Positions 49,766-62,299 of a stretch of 64,000 bases of DNA are shown in pieces. The notes under the pieces are model-generated. The model did not search any database. It saw only the letters and a list, made by a program, of their open reading frames with translations, and was not told the DNA's origin. The stretch is taken from contig NC_043011.1 in NCBI RefSeq assembly GCF_006345805.1, positions 22,456,464 through 22,520,463 of the forward strand, written 5' to 3'. How positions within the stretch are numbered: position 1 is the first letter of the stretch; each line of letters opens with the position of its first letter. This DNA is from Octopus sinensis. Taxonomy: Eukaryota. The translations under genes were made by a program, and so were the position numbers.

Positions 49766-51149
49766 GACCAGAAGTTGATTCATTATTAGTTTATAAATCT
49801 ACTAAACTATAAAAAAACCCATAGCATCATCGTTGTCGTGACAACCAGTATTACGTTACTATGACGATAAAAGAACGATGTCATTGTGACGAAATATTTT
49901 TTATCCAGTTGTTGAAAATTTAAATCCTGTCAAAACTTTTATTATAAAAACGTAGAGAAAGAGACTGTCAAATCAATGAAAATTTTGGTATCCTGTGAAT
50001 AGTAACTGGTTTGGTATTGATTAGTATGATATATTGTTTTTATTTGGACCGAAATAGACTATGTTCAAAGTGGTTTCTAGCAAAGGCCTAAGACAATTCA
50101 ACAAATAGCAACAAGAAACGAATGCAGAGGATGGAGAAACCGACACAAGATTCACTTTGTACAGCATCTTCATTTCCTGATAAAAAGAGGCTGTTTGTTT
50201 GCTCTTGCAATCTTGCTATTCTTTCAGTCGTGTTTCTGACAGTAGAGCGATGTCTATACTACAGTTCTAACCCAATTTTCTTTCAACCATTGTAGTTCTT
50301 TTGCTCTTCCAGAAATATTCCATTATCGTTCTGACACTCAAGGATTCAAAAATCAATTTAAAGTTTCCTTCTTGTTTTATTTGATCACAGAAATGGAGAC
50401 CAAACAAGGCGTAGTATCTCAGGCCAGCTGGTTTAAGATGAACGGGCGGTTTTAAATCTTTTTATTGTGATGCATCCGAATTGAGAAAGATGTCGCAATC
50501 TCTGAATAGGACAGCCTGGTCATATGAGCACGATCTTGGGTAACTGCCACTCTTCTATATACTCATGATCATTACAGACAAATCGTATTTGAGCTGATTT
50601 CCGGCTAGCATCTTCCTGTTCCTCAAGTCTACCATTGTCACCATTTTTTAGCGCAACTGGATTTTTCTTTCTCATTGCACCATTCATTCGCTCATATTTT
50701 AGGAACCCGTACAATTGAAAGCAAACACAGACACCATATCAACAACCATGCGTTTAATTCCGTAGAATATCAAAGATATGAAAGCTGGAGAAAGCGAGGA
50801 CTGTATCTGTTTAAGCCATAAATGAAGCTGGGACTGTTTAGAGGTGTTACAGGGCATCGTTATAAGGCATTGGCAGTTTTTTTTTATAGTCTCAACAATT
50901 TTAACCGTCGGGTCACTGTACTCTGACGAGTGCTGCTGATGTTGGCCACAACTTATTACCCATCAAAGTGATTTATTCGTTGCTTACCTCTCTATCTTAT
51001 TGCTACTCGTAAACGTACCCTAGAACAGTATGGCTCTATTTGATGGATATATATATAGTTAATCCAAACAAAAAATCACAAAAAAAAACACAACAACGCG
51101 AGGACGTGGAACAAATATAGTATTATTGGACGCTCAGGAAAGAAGGAGG

Positions 51150-51184
51150 GTTTAACGCTTCGAGCGGAGCTCTTCGTCGGAAAC
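51150..51184 (-). ncRNA. Decayed minimal hammerhead motif (third family)
   Basis: Reverse complement GUUU-CCGACGA-A-GAGC(UCC)GCUC-GAAGC-GUU^AAAC; two core transitions (U4C, A15.1G). Confidence 0.5.
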
Positions 51185-51564
51185 ATAGGAGAAGGAAAGA
51201 TCCAGAGAAGGGAAGACAGAGGGAAAAAAATCGCCAACGGTACACACGAGGTGTGTGTGCATATGTGTAAATACATATGCATGCGTGAGTGTGTATTGTG
51301 TGTGTGTACGCGCGAAGTTTTTGTTACTCTGAAGATGTGTGGATATTTTGTCTTTCTTTTGGGCCTCGAGAGTCTGTATAACTTCTAGCTTGCCTCCTAG
51401 TTTCCTGTGTCATACTACATACAATAACCCATTTACCCCAGGATGTAACCCATGATTATTATTATTTGCTGGCTTGTTTATTTTTTTGTATGCATGCGTG
51501 TATGTATGAATACATGTATGTATTTTTGTATGTATATATGTATATATTTTTGTATGTATATATA

Positions 51565-51968
51565 GGCGCAGGAGTGGCTGTGTGGTAAGTAGCTTGCTAA
51601 CCAACCACATGGTTCCGGGTTCAGTCCCACTGCGTGGCATCTTGGGCAAGTGTCTTCTGCTATAGCCCCGGGCCGACCAATGCCTTGTGAGTGGATTTGG
51701 TAGACGGAAACTGAAAGAAGCCTGTCGTATATATGTATATATATATTTATGTGTGTATGTGTGTGTATGTGTTTGTGTTTGTCCCCACCGATGCTGGTGT
51801 GTTTACGTCCCCGTCACTTAGCGGTTCGGCAAAAGAGACCAATAGAATAAGTAGTGGGCTTACAAAGAATAAGTCCCGGGGTCGATTTGCTCGACTAAAG
51901 GCGGTGCTCCAGCATGGCCGCAGTCAAATGACTGAAACCAGTAAAAGAGTAAAAGAGAAAAGAGTAAA
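51565..51968 (+). mobile_element. Full-length family A SINE
   Basis: Complete head, CORE-like segment, internal microsatellite and tail; starts right after a (TA)n run. Confidence 0.88.
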
Positions 51969-52345
51969 GAGATGTATTTGTGTGTGCGCGCGCAGGTGTG
52001 TAAGTGTGTGAAAGAGAATGAAAGAAGATAGTGGATGAGAGGGGAGGGGGACCTATTTATTCTGCAATTCAGTCAGAATTTTGTTTGCCGTATTTACTTA
52101 GCTAAATTGTTTTACCCACCATTCTACATTCCTGTCATAGTGTTTATTGTATGTGTAAAAGTATTTCTCATTTGCAAAGCAGCCCCGTAATGCACGATTC
52201 ACTTATTTAGCAGGGATATATGAATGATCGTTGCATAGAAATGTTAGAGGTTTTAACGTAAATGAAAAAACAAAAACAAAACAAAATGAAATGAAATGCT
52301 TGTGATGTATGCATTACATCGCAACAACGTGTCTGTATCAATACT

Positions 52346-52602
52346 CTTTTACTCTTTTTTACTTGTTCCAGTCATTTGACTGTGGCCATGCTGGAGCACC
52401 GCCTTTAGTCGAGCAAATCGACCCCAGGACTTATTCTTTGTAAGCCTTGTATTTATTCTGTCGGTCTCTTTTGCCGAACCGCTAAGTTTCGAGGACGTAA
52501 ACACACCAGCATCGGTTGTAAAGCTATGTTGGGGGGACAAATACAGACACACACACACGCACACACACGCACACACACACACACACACACACACCACACA
52601 CA

Positions 52603-52650
<48 letters not shown>

Positions 52651-52800
52651 CACACACACATATACGACGGGCTTCTTTCAGTTTCCGTCTACCAAATCCA
52701 CTCACAGGGCTTTGGTCGGCCCGAGGCTATAGCAGAAGACACTTGCCGAAGGTGCCACGCAGTGGGACTGAACCCGGAACCATGTGGACACAGCCACTCC
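52346..52800 (-). mobile_element. Family A SINE with an expanded internal (CA)n/(CACG)n
   Basis: Homologous body and tail, partial head deletion. Older copies at about 57645-57955(-), 61055-61485(+), 13760-14035(-) and 38930-39102(-). Confidence 0.82.
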
Positions 52801-53039
52801 TAGATAATATTTAAAGCAATTAAGACAGTGAGTTGGAGGAATCGGTAGCACGCTGGCTGAAATGTTTTGAGACATTTCGTCCGTCTTTACATTGTGAATG
52901 CGATGAAATAAGTATCAATTGAATTCTGAGATCGATGTAATTGACTTAACTCTTCCACCGAAATGCTGGCCTTGTGCCAAAATTTGAAACCAATATTTGA
53001 AACAATTCTCATTATACTCCCTTCAAGGAATTAATATGA

Positions 53040-53370
53040 ACTGAGATCTGTAAGATCAGATGTTTCTCAAGGAACAGAGCATGTAGAATGATATTCAAAC
53101 TAGATACGACTTGCATCAAGAGGTCTCTCGAGGTCAAGCCGCTACTTCGCGTTGAGAGGCCATAGCTCTTGTACCACGGGCATGTGATTAGAACGCCGTA
53201 GAAAAGAATCGCAAGATGGATACTTCAAGCTAAACGAACCGACAGGAGATCTAGGGAGTAGACAAAGAGCGAGATGATTGGATAATATCCACAGTCTCAA
53301 TTGGCCACGCTTGAGAATCCACCCAGAAAGTGTAAGGACGGTTGCTTCTGATAGGTCCTTAGGTACTCAG
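53040..53370 (+). mobile_element. RTE/Expander-like LINE 3' relic
   Basis: Ends in ...DNIHSLNWPRLRIHPESVRTVASDR, resembling Expander/RTE C-termini. Confidence 0.5.
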
Positions 53371-53724
53371 CGGTCAACATTTGGCCGATATTGTCTTAAT
53401 TTTCTATCCTGCTCCTCTCGGCTTACTTCCCCTCTTGTTTGCAAAACATTCCCTATCTATTTCTACTTGTCTTTCTCTTCACATATCTGCTTCTTTTCTC
53501 TCTTTACTCATCTTCATTTCTTCCTCTTATTATCGCTGTCAACTACATCTTGTCTACCTTTATTTCCTTGTCTCCACATTCCCTGATGACATCTCAAGAA
53601 TATCTGACATTGCTTGAGGCAAATCCAGTTTCCTTAAATGTGTTGGGTTCATCATTTTGAGTTAGAGAATAAGAGATAATCTAACCGTGGAGACACTCCT
53701 CAACACTTACTCTAAAGAAGGTCA

Positions 53725-54200
53725 TCAAGATTGTTTAATCTGCAGGTAAGGTGATGGCCTCAGTATTTTGGATTGCAAAACGCATCGTGTTTATTGACTA
53801 CTTTCAAAAGGCTCTCACCATCAATGGAGAGTGCTGTACTGTGCCACCTTTCTAAGGCAGTTGCGAAAGGCTATCAAGGCCAAACGCAAGGAAAACTGTG
53901 CAGTATGTTTTCCTTTCATCGAAACAAATACTCCAGTGCACAAGTAATTGGTTTTGATGGCTGCTGTGTGTGATTGGCTTTGAACTGCTAAGCCACCCTC
54001 CCTACTTTAGTGATTTGACCTCATCTTATTATCTATATCCCCTACATATATATATATAAAAAAAAACTCGGTTAGGAACCAATACCATAGTGATGATGTC
54101 TTATCAGCTGTTGAAAACTTTTCCAAGGCAATCGAAGCAATGAATCGCTGAAAGAAGTATGTAGATGATCTTTTCTGTTTGATTTTCACTTTTCAATTGC
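53725..54200 (+). mobile_element. Decayed mariner transposase fragment
   Basis: AGKVMASVFWIAKRIVFIDYFQK...TINGE and HPPYFSDLTSSYY. Confidence 0.75.
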
Positions 54201-54669
54201 CTCAATTTTGTTCCAATTTCAAAAATGCGTATTGTTCACATGAACTAAGCCAACAGTATGTTTATCCAACATCTCACAAAACTTTATTAAAACTTCCATC
54301 GTTGAATGTTTTAACATTGTAATGTTGTCACCTTGTACAAAATGCCATCCTCTCTGATTGAGGGAAAAATGATCAAACTTTAAACCTCTGTCACAATTTT
54401 CTAAAGTATTTCTGGAATAAGTGAATAGCATCAGATTCAACGTGAAAAATTACACCAATGTATCAAATTTTAAAATTTTAAAATTTCTGATGGTGAAATC
54501 GAGCAGAAAAGATTCTAATATTTAAAAATGAACTTCATTTGGTCACATTCGATGAGAATATATTGGTCAGTCTGTTAATTTTCCAGTCGATCCTCATAAT
54601 AATAAAAGTTATTATTATTGAACATTTGTTTGTTTTGATACCCAAATTAGAAAACTTCACCTTGTTTGT

Positions 54670-55305
54670 AAAAATTTGGGTACTACAGAAGTGTGGACCT
54701 GAGTTCTGAGAGTGCGCATGTCATAAATTTGAGCGTGCGCGCGTTAATTGCAAGTAGTCGACTTTAGCTCACAAGACAAACGACAAGACGCACGGATGTG
54801 CGCTACTAGTTGATTTTAATACAGAGGTAAACAACGAGGCGCACGGACGCGCAGATAAATTGAATATAAAAGTGAAAAATAATCATTGAATACTGTAAAA
54901 ACATTCAGCTCCCCTAACCCTAAACGATCAAACTAAAGCGTTTGGACCCGGTCATAAAAACAAGACAAGACAAAACAAAAAAAACAACCCTAAACCCTAA
55001 CCCCTAACACTTAATAAAATATGGGAAAACCTGGAGATGAATGTTTTGAAAACTATCTTTCAGAATGGTTTACTTTCCAATGAAATATCATTTTGTTATT
55101 TTTCATGTTTTTATTCAATTTATCTGCAATTTTCTTCTTGCATTAGATGGATAACCCACCCTCCATTTACAGCAAGTAGCGCGCGTCTCGTTTTTTACCT
55201 GTGTGCTTAAATCGACTACTTACGACTAACGCGTTCGCATGCGCGAATTTGTGACATGCACACTCCCAGAAGTCGGATCCAAACTTCTCTAGTAGTGCCA
55301 AATTT
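54670..55305. mobile_element. Foldback DNA element with about 200-bp imperfect inverted arms
   Basis: 54703-54870 aligns with the reverse complement of 55110-55272; the spacer contains CCCTAA-like runs. Confidence 0.55.
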
Positions 55306-55949
55306 TGGAACTGAGTTTGCACCCCCTAAGCAAATTTTGTTCCCGGGCCACTGTACCCTTTTGATCTTCCCAGGAATAGTAGGCAGAGAAAATGGATGGG
55401 TCGATTGCATCAAACATGGTGGTAACAGTGATATAGGAACTATATTCAGTTATCTGCCAATATTTAGTTTTGCTGAGGCTTTCAATTGGAACTATATTCA
55501 GTTATCTGCCAATATTTGGTTTTACGGATTTGGTTTTACGGATTTGGTTTTACGGATCCAAATACAAAATTTGGCTTTTTGCTCACTTGGAATATCTCCA
55601 TTAAATTAGATCATTAAAAGGATTTAATAAAAGTTTCATCAATTCTCTTAAATACATTCGACATATAATTGTGTTTGCCTACATATGGAAGGGTTTCTTT
55701 AAATAAAATTTTTTTTCGCCACAACAATTCGTTTTCTTGAACGTAGTCATTCCTAACATTTTCAAAAGAGTTAACTTTTGCACAAATAGCATCAGACCCA
55801 CTGGACGATAACTGATGAGGAATTGGGGACCTTCTGTGTCTGTTTTCCGTTCGTTTGTGCATTTACTATATATATATTGTTTAGCACGCCCCCCCTCACA
55901 CAAGTACGCACATGATTGCAAAAATAGTACTCGTATATCAAAGGTATAT

Positions 55950-56368
55950 ATATGTTTGGTCTATTAAGAAATACTGTCTCAAAAGTAATGAGGGGAAAAC
56001 CTCGTCGAAACAAAACTCAGGAAGAAAATCAAAACTTTCAGATAGGGACCGTCGGACTCTTATGCGAATTGTTAGAAAGGATCACAAAAGTACAGCTCCT
56101 AAAATTACTGCAGAGCTTAATGACCACCTCGAGAACCTAGTTTCCATAAAAACTGTTCGCCAGGATCTGCACAAAGCCGGATTTCACGGGAGGGCTGCAA
56201 TCAGAAAACCACTACTTTCAAAAACAAACGTTGCAAAGCGTTTAGAGTGGAGTAAAAACTTGCAGAATTGGTCCCTAGAACAGTGGAAGAATGTTATTTT
56301 CTCGGACGAGTCATCTTTTACCTTACTTCCGACCACCGGCCGAGTATACGTGTAGAGAAAGCCCAAAG
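55950..56368 (+). mobile_element. Tc1-like transposase fragment (HTH region to the first catalytic Asp)
   Basis: SGRKSKLSDRDRRTLMRIVRK...RKPLLSKTNVAKRLEWSK...WKNVIFSDESSF; truncated by a (GTAT)n run. Confidence 0.85.
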
Positions 56369-56586
56369 AAGCATATATATATATATATGTGTATGTATGT
56401 ATGTATGTATGTATGTATGTATGTATGTATGTATGTATGTATGTATGTATGTATGTATGTATATATACATATATATATGTGCATATTTAGGTACAGGACG
56501 TCACCAACAGTGAACAACATGAAATACGAAAATGAGTTAAATACGCAAACAACGAGAAAAATAGGAAACCAGGACAAGTAACACCC

Positions 56587-56623
<37 letters not shown>

Positions 56624-56734
56624 TGGATATATATCAATGACAGGAAAACACAGGAAACACGTAATCGTCCTCATTAGCTCACAGCTGTTTCTACAAGAAA
56701 ATGCAGACCCAGAGCCGAATAGGATGTTGCACTT

Positions 56735-56829
56735 TCCACTACTACTACTACTACCACCACCACCACCACCACCAACTCCACCACCACCACCACCACCACC
56801 ACCACCACCACCAACCACCACCACCACCT

Positions 56830-56860
<31 letters not shown>

Positions 56861-57130
56861 ATCCACATCATTGCTCTGCAACAATCAGTGGCTAATCAAC
56901 ATCATTTGTAAGTATCATCGACCTAACAACAACCAACACGATCGTCCCCCCCACCACACCAAACCACCACCACCACCACCACCACAATCACCGCAATTAC
57001 CACTATCATCATTCTCCTCCTCCCCTCCTCCTCCTCCTCCTCTCCCCCTCCTCCTCCTCCTCTGCCCCTCCTCCTCCTCCTCCTCCTCCTCATCATCATC
57101 ATCATCAGCAGCAGCAGCAGCAGCACCTTC
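56735..57130. repeat. Compound trinucleotide array (CTA/CCA/CCT/CAT/GCA)
   Basis: Directly visible; produces low-complexity ORFs in several frames. Confidence 0.9.
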
Positions 57131-58039
57131 CCATTTAACGTTGCCATCCATTATGATTAAGAAAGATAACATTGTATTTCTAAATTAGACCCTCTAGCCT
57201 TAAACTCGACTGAAAGACAAACGTTAGAGAAATAGGTAAGGCTTGTTATGATGAAGAATAGGTTTTGCTTAAAAATGCGCATTGTTTTTTCTTTTTTCCC
57301 GCCGTTGTTATTGTATCTTACCGTTTGTTGTTGACTTCGTTTCCTGTAATTAATCATATAAATTGCCAGTTTTCACATTATACTGTTGCCCTTACGCTAA
57401 TGCTAAATATTCTAAGATACAGTGTTAAAACGAAAGTCATGACCTAAATTAAGAAAGAAGTGCAGAGAAGAGTAACAAAGATTTATATAATTAATCCACT
57501 CGAAGAATTATTCTGCATTTTACCATGATATCAAAATTTACATCAACAATAGTAAGTACACATGGGTAAAACTTCTTGGAACTGGTTAAAAATATGCAGA
57601 GCAGTCCTTAGAGATTCTTGATGCCAAAGAATCTTTTAGCTTTTATCTTTCTTTTACTTAGACTGCGGCCAGGCTACTGCACTGCATTCAATAATTTTAC
57701 TCGAATGAATCGACCTCAGTACATATTTTTTGTTATGTCTGGAACTTAGGTCTCTTGTGCAGAACCGCTAAAGTTACGGGGATGTAAACACACCAACATC
57801 GGTTGTCAAGCGATAGTGGGGGACACACACACACATACACACATGACAGGCTTCTTTCAGTTTCCATCAACCAAATCCACTTACAAGGCTTTGGTCGGCT
57901 CGAGGCTATTGAAGACACTTGCCCGTGGTGCGGTGTAACGCAGTGGGATTGAGCCCGAAATCATCTGTAGGATTTTCGAAGAGTAACGCAAAATCATTGA
58001 ATTGCAAGATAGCGGACCTAAACCTGGATATTATTGTCT

Positions 58040-58262
58040 CGTATCTAAGGGCCTATAGTGTCGGTTACCCGGTTTCCCATGTGTATAAGTGAACGGGAGT
58101 CCATTCTGTTGCAGGGTTACTCATTTACAGCTGAGTGAATTGGAGCAAGGTGAAATGAAGTGTTTTGCTTAAGAACACGACGTACTGCCTGCTCCGGGAA
58201 TCGAAACCACGAACTTTCGATCGTGTGTGTGTCACCTTTACCACATGGCCACGCGCCTTCAC
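58040..58262 (-). mobile_element. tRNA-derived SINE with a family C CORE-like body and a different tail
   Basis: Body TTCACCTTGCTCCAATTCACTCAGCTGTAAATGAG on the minus strand. Confidence 0.6.
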
Positions 58263-58501
58263 ACTTAAGCGGGTAAATGGACTTAAATTTAGCACAGCAA
58301 ACCAAAATGTTCATCGGTTATACAACTAATTATCGGCGCTGTATAGAAAAATCGGAAGAGAGCCAATGATAGCTCACACATGGATACATATGCACACACA
58401 CACACACACACACACGCACACACACACACATATATTTATACTTTGCATACACACACACACATACATACATACATACATACATCATACATACATACATACA
58501 T

Positions 58502-58835
58502 AAGGTAAAGACCCCCTTCGGTCATGAATGACCATGGGATTGCACCTAGAAAGTTACCCTCCTAGACACAAGTCCGGGCATGGTTGTTTATGGAAGACCA
58601 GCAGTCGCCCATGCATACCAGCCTCCCCTCTCCACGCCACCAGTGTTATCCAAGGGAAAGACAAAGGTCGATACAGCTTAGCACCAGTGACGTCGCAACT
58701 CATTTCTACAGCTGAGTGAACTGGAGCAACGTGAAATAAAGTGCCTTGCTTGAGAACACAACACGCAGCCCGGTCCGGGATTCGAGCTCACAACCTCACG
58801 ATCGTAAGCTCGACGCTCTAACCACTGAGCCATGC
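58502..58835 (-). mobile_element. tRNA-derived SINE with a family C CORE-like body and a third tail type
   Basis: Head GCATGGCTCAGTGGTTAGAGCG...GCTCGAATCCC; body TTCACGTTGCTCCAGTTCACTCAGCTG; tail ends CTTTACCTTA. Confidence 0.7.
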
Positions 58836-58839
58836 ATAC

Positions 58840-59413
58840 ATACATACATACATACATACATACATACATACACACATGTTGTTCATGTTGAAATTCCAAT
58901 GAAAGAGCATTGGATCTAGGTTAGAAACCGGCTCTTTTTCTATTGGCTAGAAATCTTGAAATAAAACTGAACAAGGACATACATACATACATACATACAT
59001 ACATACATACATACATACATACATACATACATACATACATACATACTACGTACATACATACATACATACATACATAATACATACATACATACATACATAC
59101 ATACATACATACATACATAATACATACATACATACATACATACATACATACTACGTACATACATACATACATACACACACATACATACATGCATGCATGC
59201 ATGCATGTACGCTTACATACATACATACATACATACATACACACACATACATACATACATACATCATACATACATACATACATACATACATACATACATA
59301 CATACAAACATACATACATGCATGCATGCATGCACGCTTACATACATACACACATACATACATACATACATACATACATACATACATACATACATACATG
59401 CATGCATGCACGC

Positions 59414-59444
<31 letters not shown>

Positions 59445-59469
59445 CATACATACATGCATGCATGCACGC

Positions 59470-59500
<31 letters not shown>

Positions 59501-60068
59501 CATACATACATACATACATACATGAGACATATATACGATAAATAAAAATATTGATATACAAAATATACATAAAATATACGATGTGGAGTATATAAAAATA
59601 TATATATAAATATATATAATGAGCAAGCTATAAAAATATACAATATATATAAAATTAGTAAGAAAAAGGGAGGTATACAGTAAATATACAATTACCCATA
59701 TATTAGATGGCCGTTGACTTTCGAGAGTTCCTCCGCCCTTTCACGGGTTTTGTTTTTCATCCCGCAGGGTGTCCAATAAACACCCTCCTCACCAAGCAAA
59801 ACCCGTGAAAGGGCGGAGGAACTCTCGAAAGTCAACGGCCATCTAATATATGGGTAATTGTATATTTACCGTATACCTCCCTTTTTCTTACTAATTTTAT
59901 ATATATTGTATATTTTTATAGCTTGCTCATTATATATATTTATATATATATTTTTATATACTCCACATCGTATATTTTATGTATATTTTGTATATCAATA
60001 TTTTTATTTATCGTATATATGTCTCATGTATGTATGTATGTATGTATGTATGTATGTATGTATGTATG

Positions 60069-60099
<31 letters not shown>

Positions 60100-60140
60100 G
60101 CGTGCATGCATGCATGTATGTATGTTTGTATGTATGTATG

Positions 60141-60171
<31 letters not shown>

Positions 60172-60187
60172 TGTTTGTGTGTGTGTG

Positions 60188-60218
<31 letters not shown>

Positions 60219-60440
60219 GCGTGCATGCATGCATGCATGCATGCATGTATGTATGTTTGTATGTATGTATGTATGTGTGTATTTATGTATGTATGTATGT
60301 TTAATTTCAAGATTTCTTGCCAATAGTGAAAGAACCGGTTTCTAACCTAGATCCAAGGCTCTTTCATTGGAATTTCAACATGAACAACATGTGTGTATGT
60401 CTCATGTATGTATGTATGTATGTATGCATGTATGTATGTG
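58840..60440. repeat. About 1.5 kb palindrome with compound (ATAC)n arms
   Basis: Inner arms 59521-59752 and 59797-60028 match at 231/232; outer arms about 58870-58965 and 60301-60397 differ at about 6 of 97. Confidence 0.92.
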
Positions 60441-62299
60441 TGTGTATGTAAAGTATAAATATGTGTGTGTGTGCGTGTGTGTGTGTGTGTTTGTGTATGT
60501 ATCCATGTGTGAGCTATCATTGTGGTTGTACACCATCGTTTGACAATCGGTGTTATCTTTACGTTTCTGGGAATAATTGTTCGACTGAACTCTTTAAGGC
60601 GGCGCCTCGGCATGGCTGCTGTCCAATGAGTGAAACAAGTAAAAGATAAAAAGATAGTTGACTACTCCGAGGTGAATGTAATATATTTCTTTATTACCCA
60701 CAAGGGGTTAAACATAGAGGGGACAAACAAGGACAGACAAAGGGATTAAGTCGATTACATCGACCCCAGTGCGTAACTGGTACTTTATTTATCGACCTCG
60801 AAAGGATGAAAAGCAAAGTCGACCTCGGCGGAATTTGAACTCACAACGTAATAAAAATACGGGCATAATTGCTAACAATTATTTAACAAGAAATTACCTA
60901 AGTCCCACATAATTTAAAACGAAAAAAAAAAAAAAGAATCAGCAGAATGTGTAAAGGTGACATAATTAATGTATTCGTACTCTTTAGATGAAGATAAATA
61001 TATTACAAAAGAAAAAAAAATACTAAAGAACAAAGGAAAATTTATAAAGATTCTGATGTGTGGTAAGAAACTTGCTTCCCAACGACATGGTTCTGGGCTC
61101 AGTCCCACTGCGTGGCACCTTGGGCAAATATCTTCTACTATAGCCTCGGGTCGATCAAAGCCTTTTGAGTGGATTTGGTAGTCAGAAACTGAAAGAAGCT
61201 CGTCGTACATACATACATATATATATATGTGTGTGTGTGTGTTTGTGTGTGCGCACGCGCATGTGAGTGAGTGTGTGTGTATGTGTATGTGTATTTGTCC
61301 CACACCAACGCTTGACAACCGATGTTAGTGTGTTTGCGTCCTCGTAACTAAACGGTTTGGCAAAAGAGACCGATTGAATAAGTACTAAGTTTACAAAGAA
61401 TAAGTCTTGGGGTCGATTTGCTCGACTAAAAGCGGTGCTCCAGCATGGCCGCAGTCAAATGACTGAAGCTAAGTAAAAGAATAAAATTTAAATGAATTAG
61501 GAAGAGAAACCCACAAATAGGAACTCTTTATTTTGAACAACATCGAAAGAGAATTCATCCAAGTACATGTGCGCACGCACATACACACACACACACATAT
61601 ACACGCACGCACACACACATGCACGCACACATAAAGTATAGTAAAAGTACATAGCCAAAACAAGTCACACATACACATCAAAAGTGAAATATCCTCTATA
61701 TGCATGCATGCATGCATCCATCCATACATTACATTACATAACATACATACCTACTGCATGCACATTATATATACACACTTTACATATAAACATATATACA
61801 TACACACGCACATATATAACTGTTCTTTTTATCTTTTACTTAAGCAGCTTCTCTGAGTAATTTCTAATATAAATATATTGGCAATTATTCTTAATTTTCT
61901 CATATACATCGAAGTATTGTGAGGCGAATCTTAAAGTAAATGTATCAAATTCCCAGCCGGAATAAATACCTTCCTCTACGCTTGTATCGAGTTCTTTCTT
62001 TATATTATTGTTCTTTGTTTGAAATAGAAAAAAAAATACTCAGTATTACTACGCTCTTTATAATAGACCACCTACAGCAACTAACAAAAGGCTGAATCTA
62101 GCAGAAGCAACATCTTGATCAGTCTACCAAAAAATACACCGCCACTAATATTTTTAGGCTCCTGTAACAGAAAAAAGAAAAAGAAAAATGTAAATTTCGT
62201 CAAATTTGAACAATCGGGCAAAACTAAATATTGTTCTTACGAAAGAAACTAAATGAGATGTTATGAATGATAGCAACACTAACGTCCAAAGGAAAACAA

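Noticed and set aside
54910-55010. Interstitial telomere or chromosome fusion site
   Set aside because: Only a few imperfect CCCTAA units, one orientation, inside a foldback repeat
56637-57188. 183-aa Pro/Thr/Ser-rich ORF
   Set aside because: It arises from compound trinucleotide microsatellites that are open in several frames on both strands; no domain or splice support
58770-58835. tRNA gene candidates (also 31731-31800 and 51565-51640)
   Set aside because: These are tRNA-derived SINE heads that continue into repeat bodies without a complete cloverleaf or acceptor stem
59797-59845. GTGAAAG...CTCGAAAGTCAACGG as a hammerhead in the large palindrome
   Set aside because: Lacks CUGANGA and has no 15.2-16.2 pair; at most a distant variant
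58921-60323. Many 70-148 aa ORFs (MYVC/HTYI repeats)
   Set aside because: (ATAC)n/(GTAT)n satellite translations
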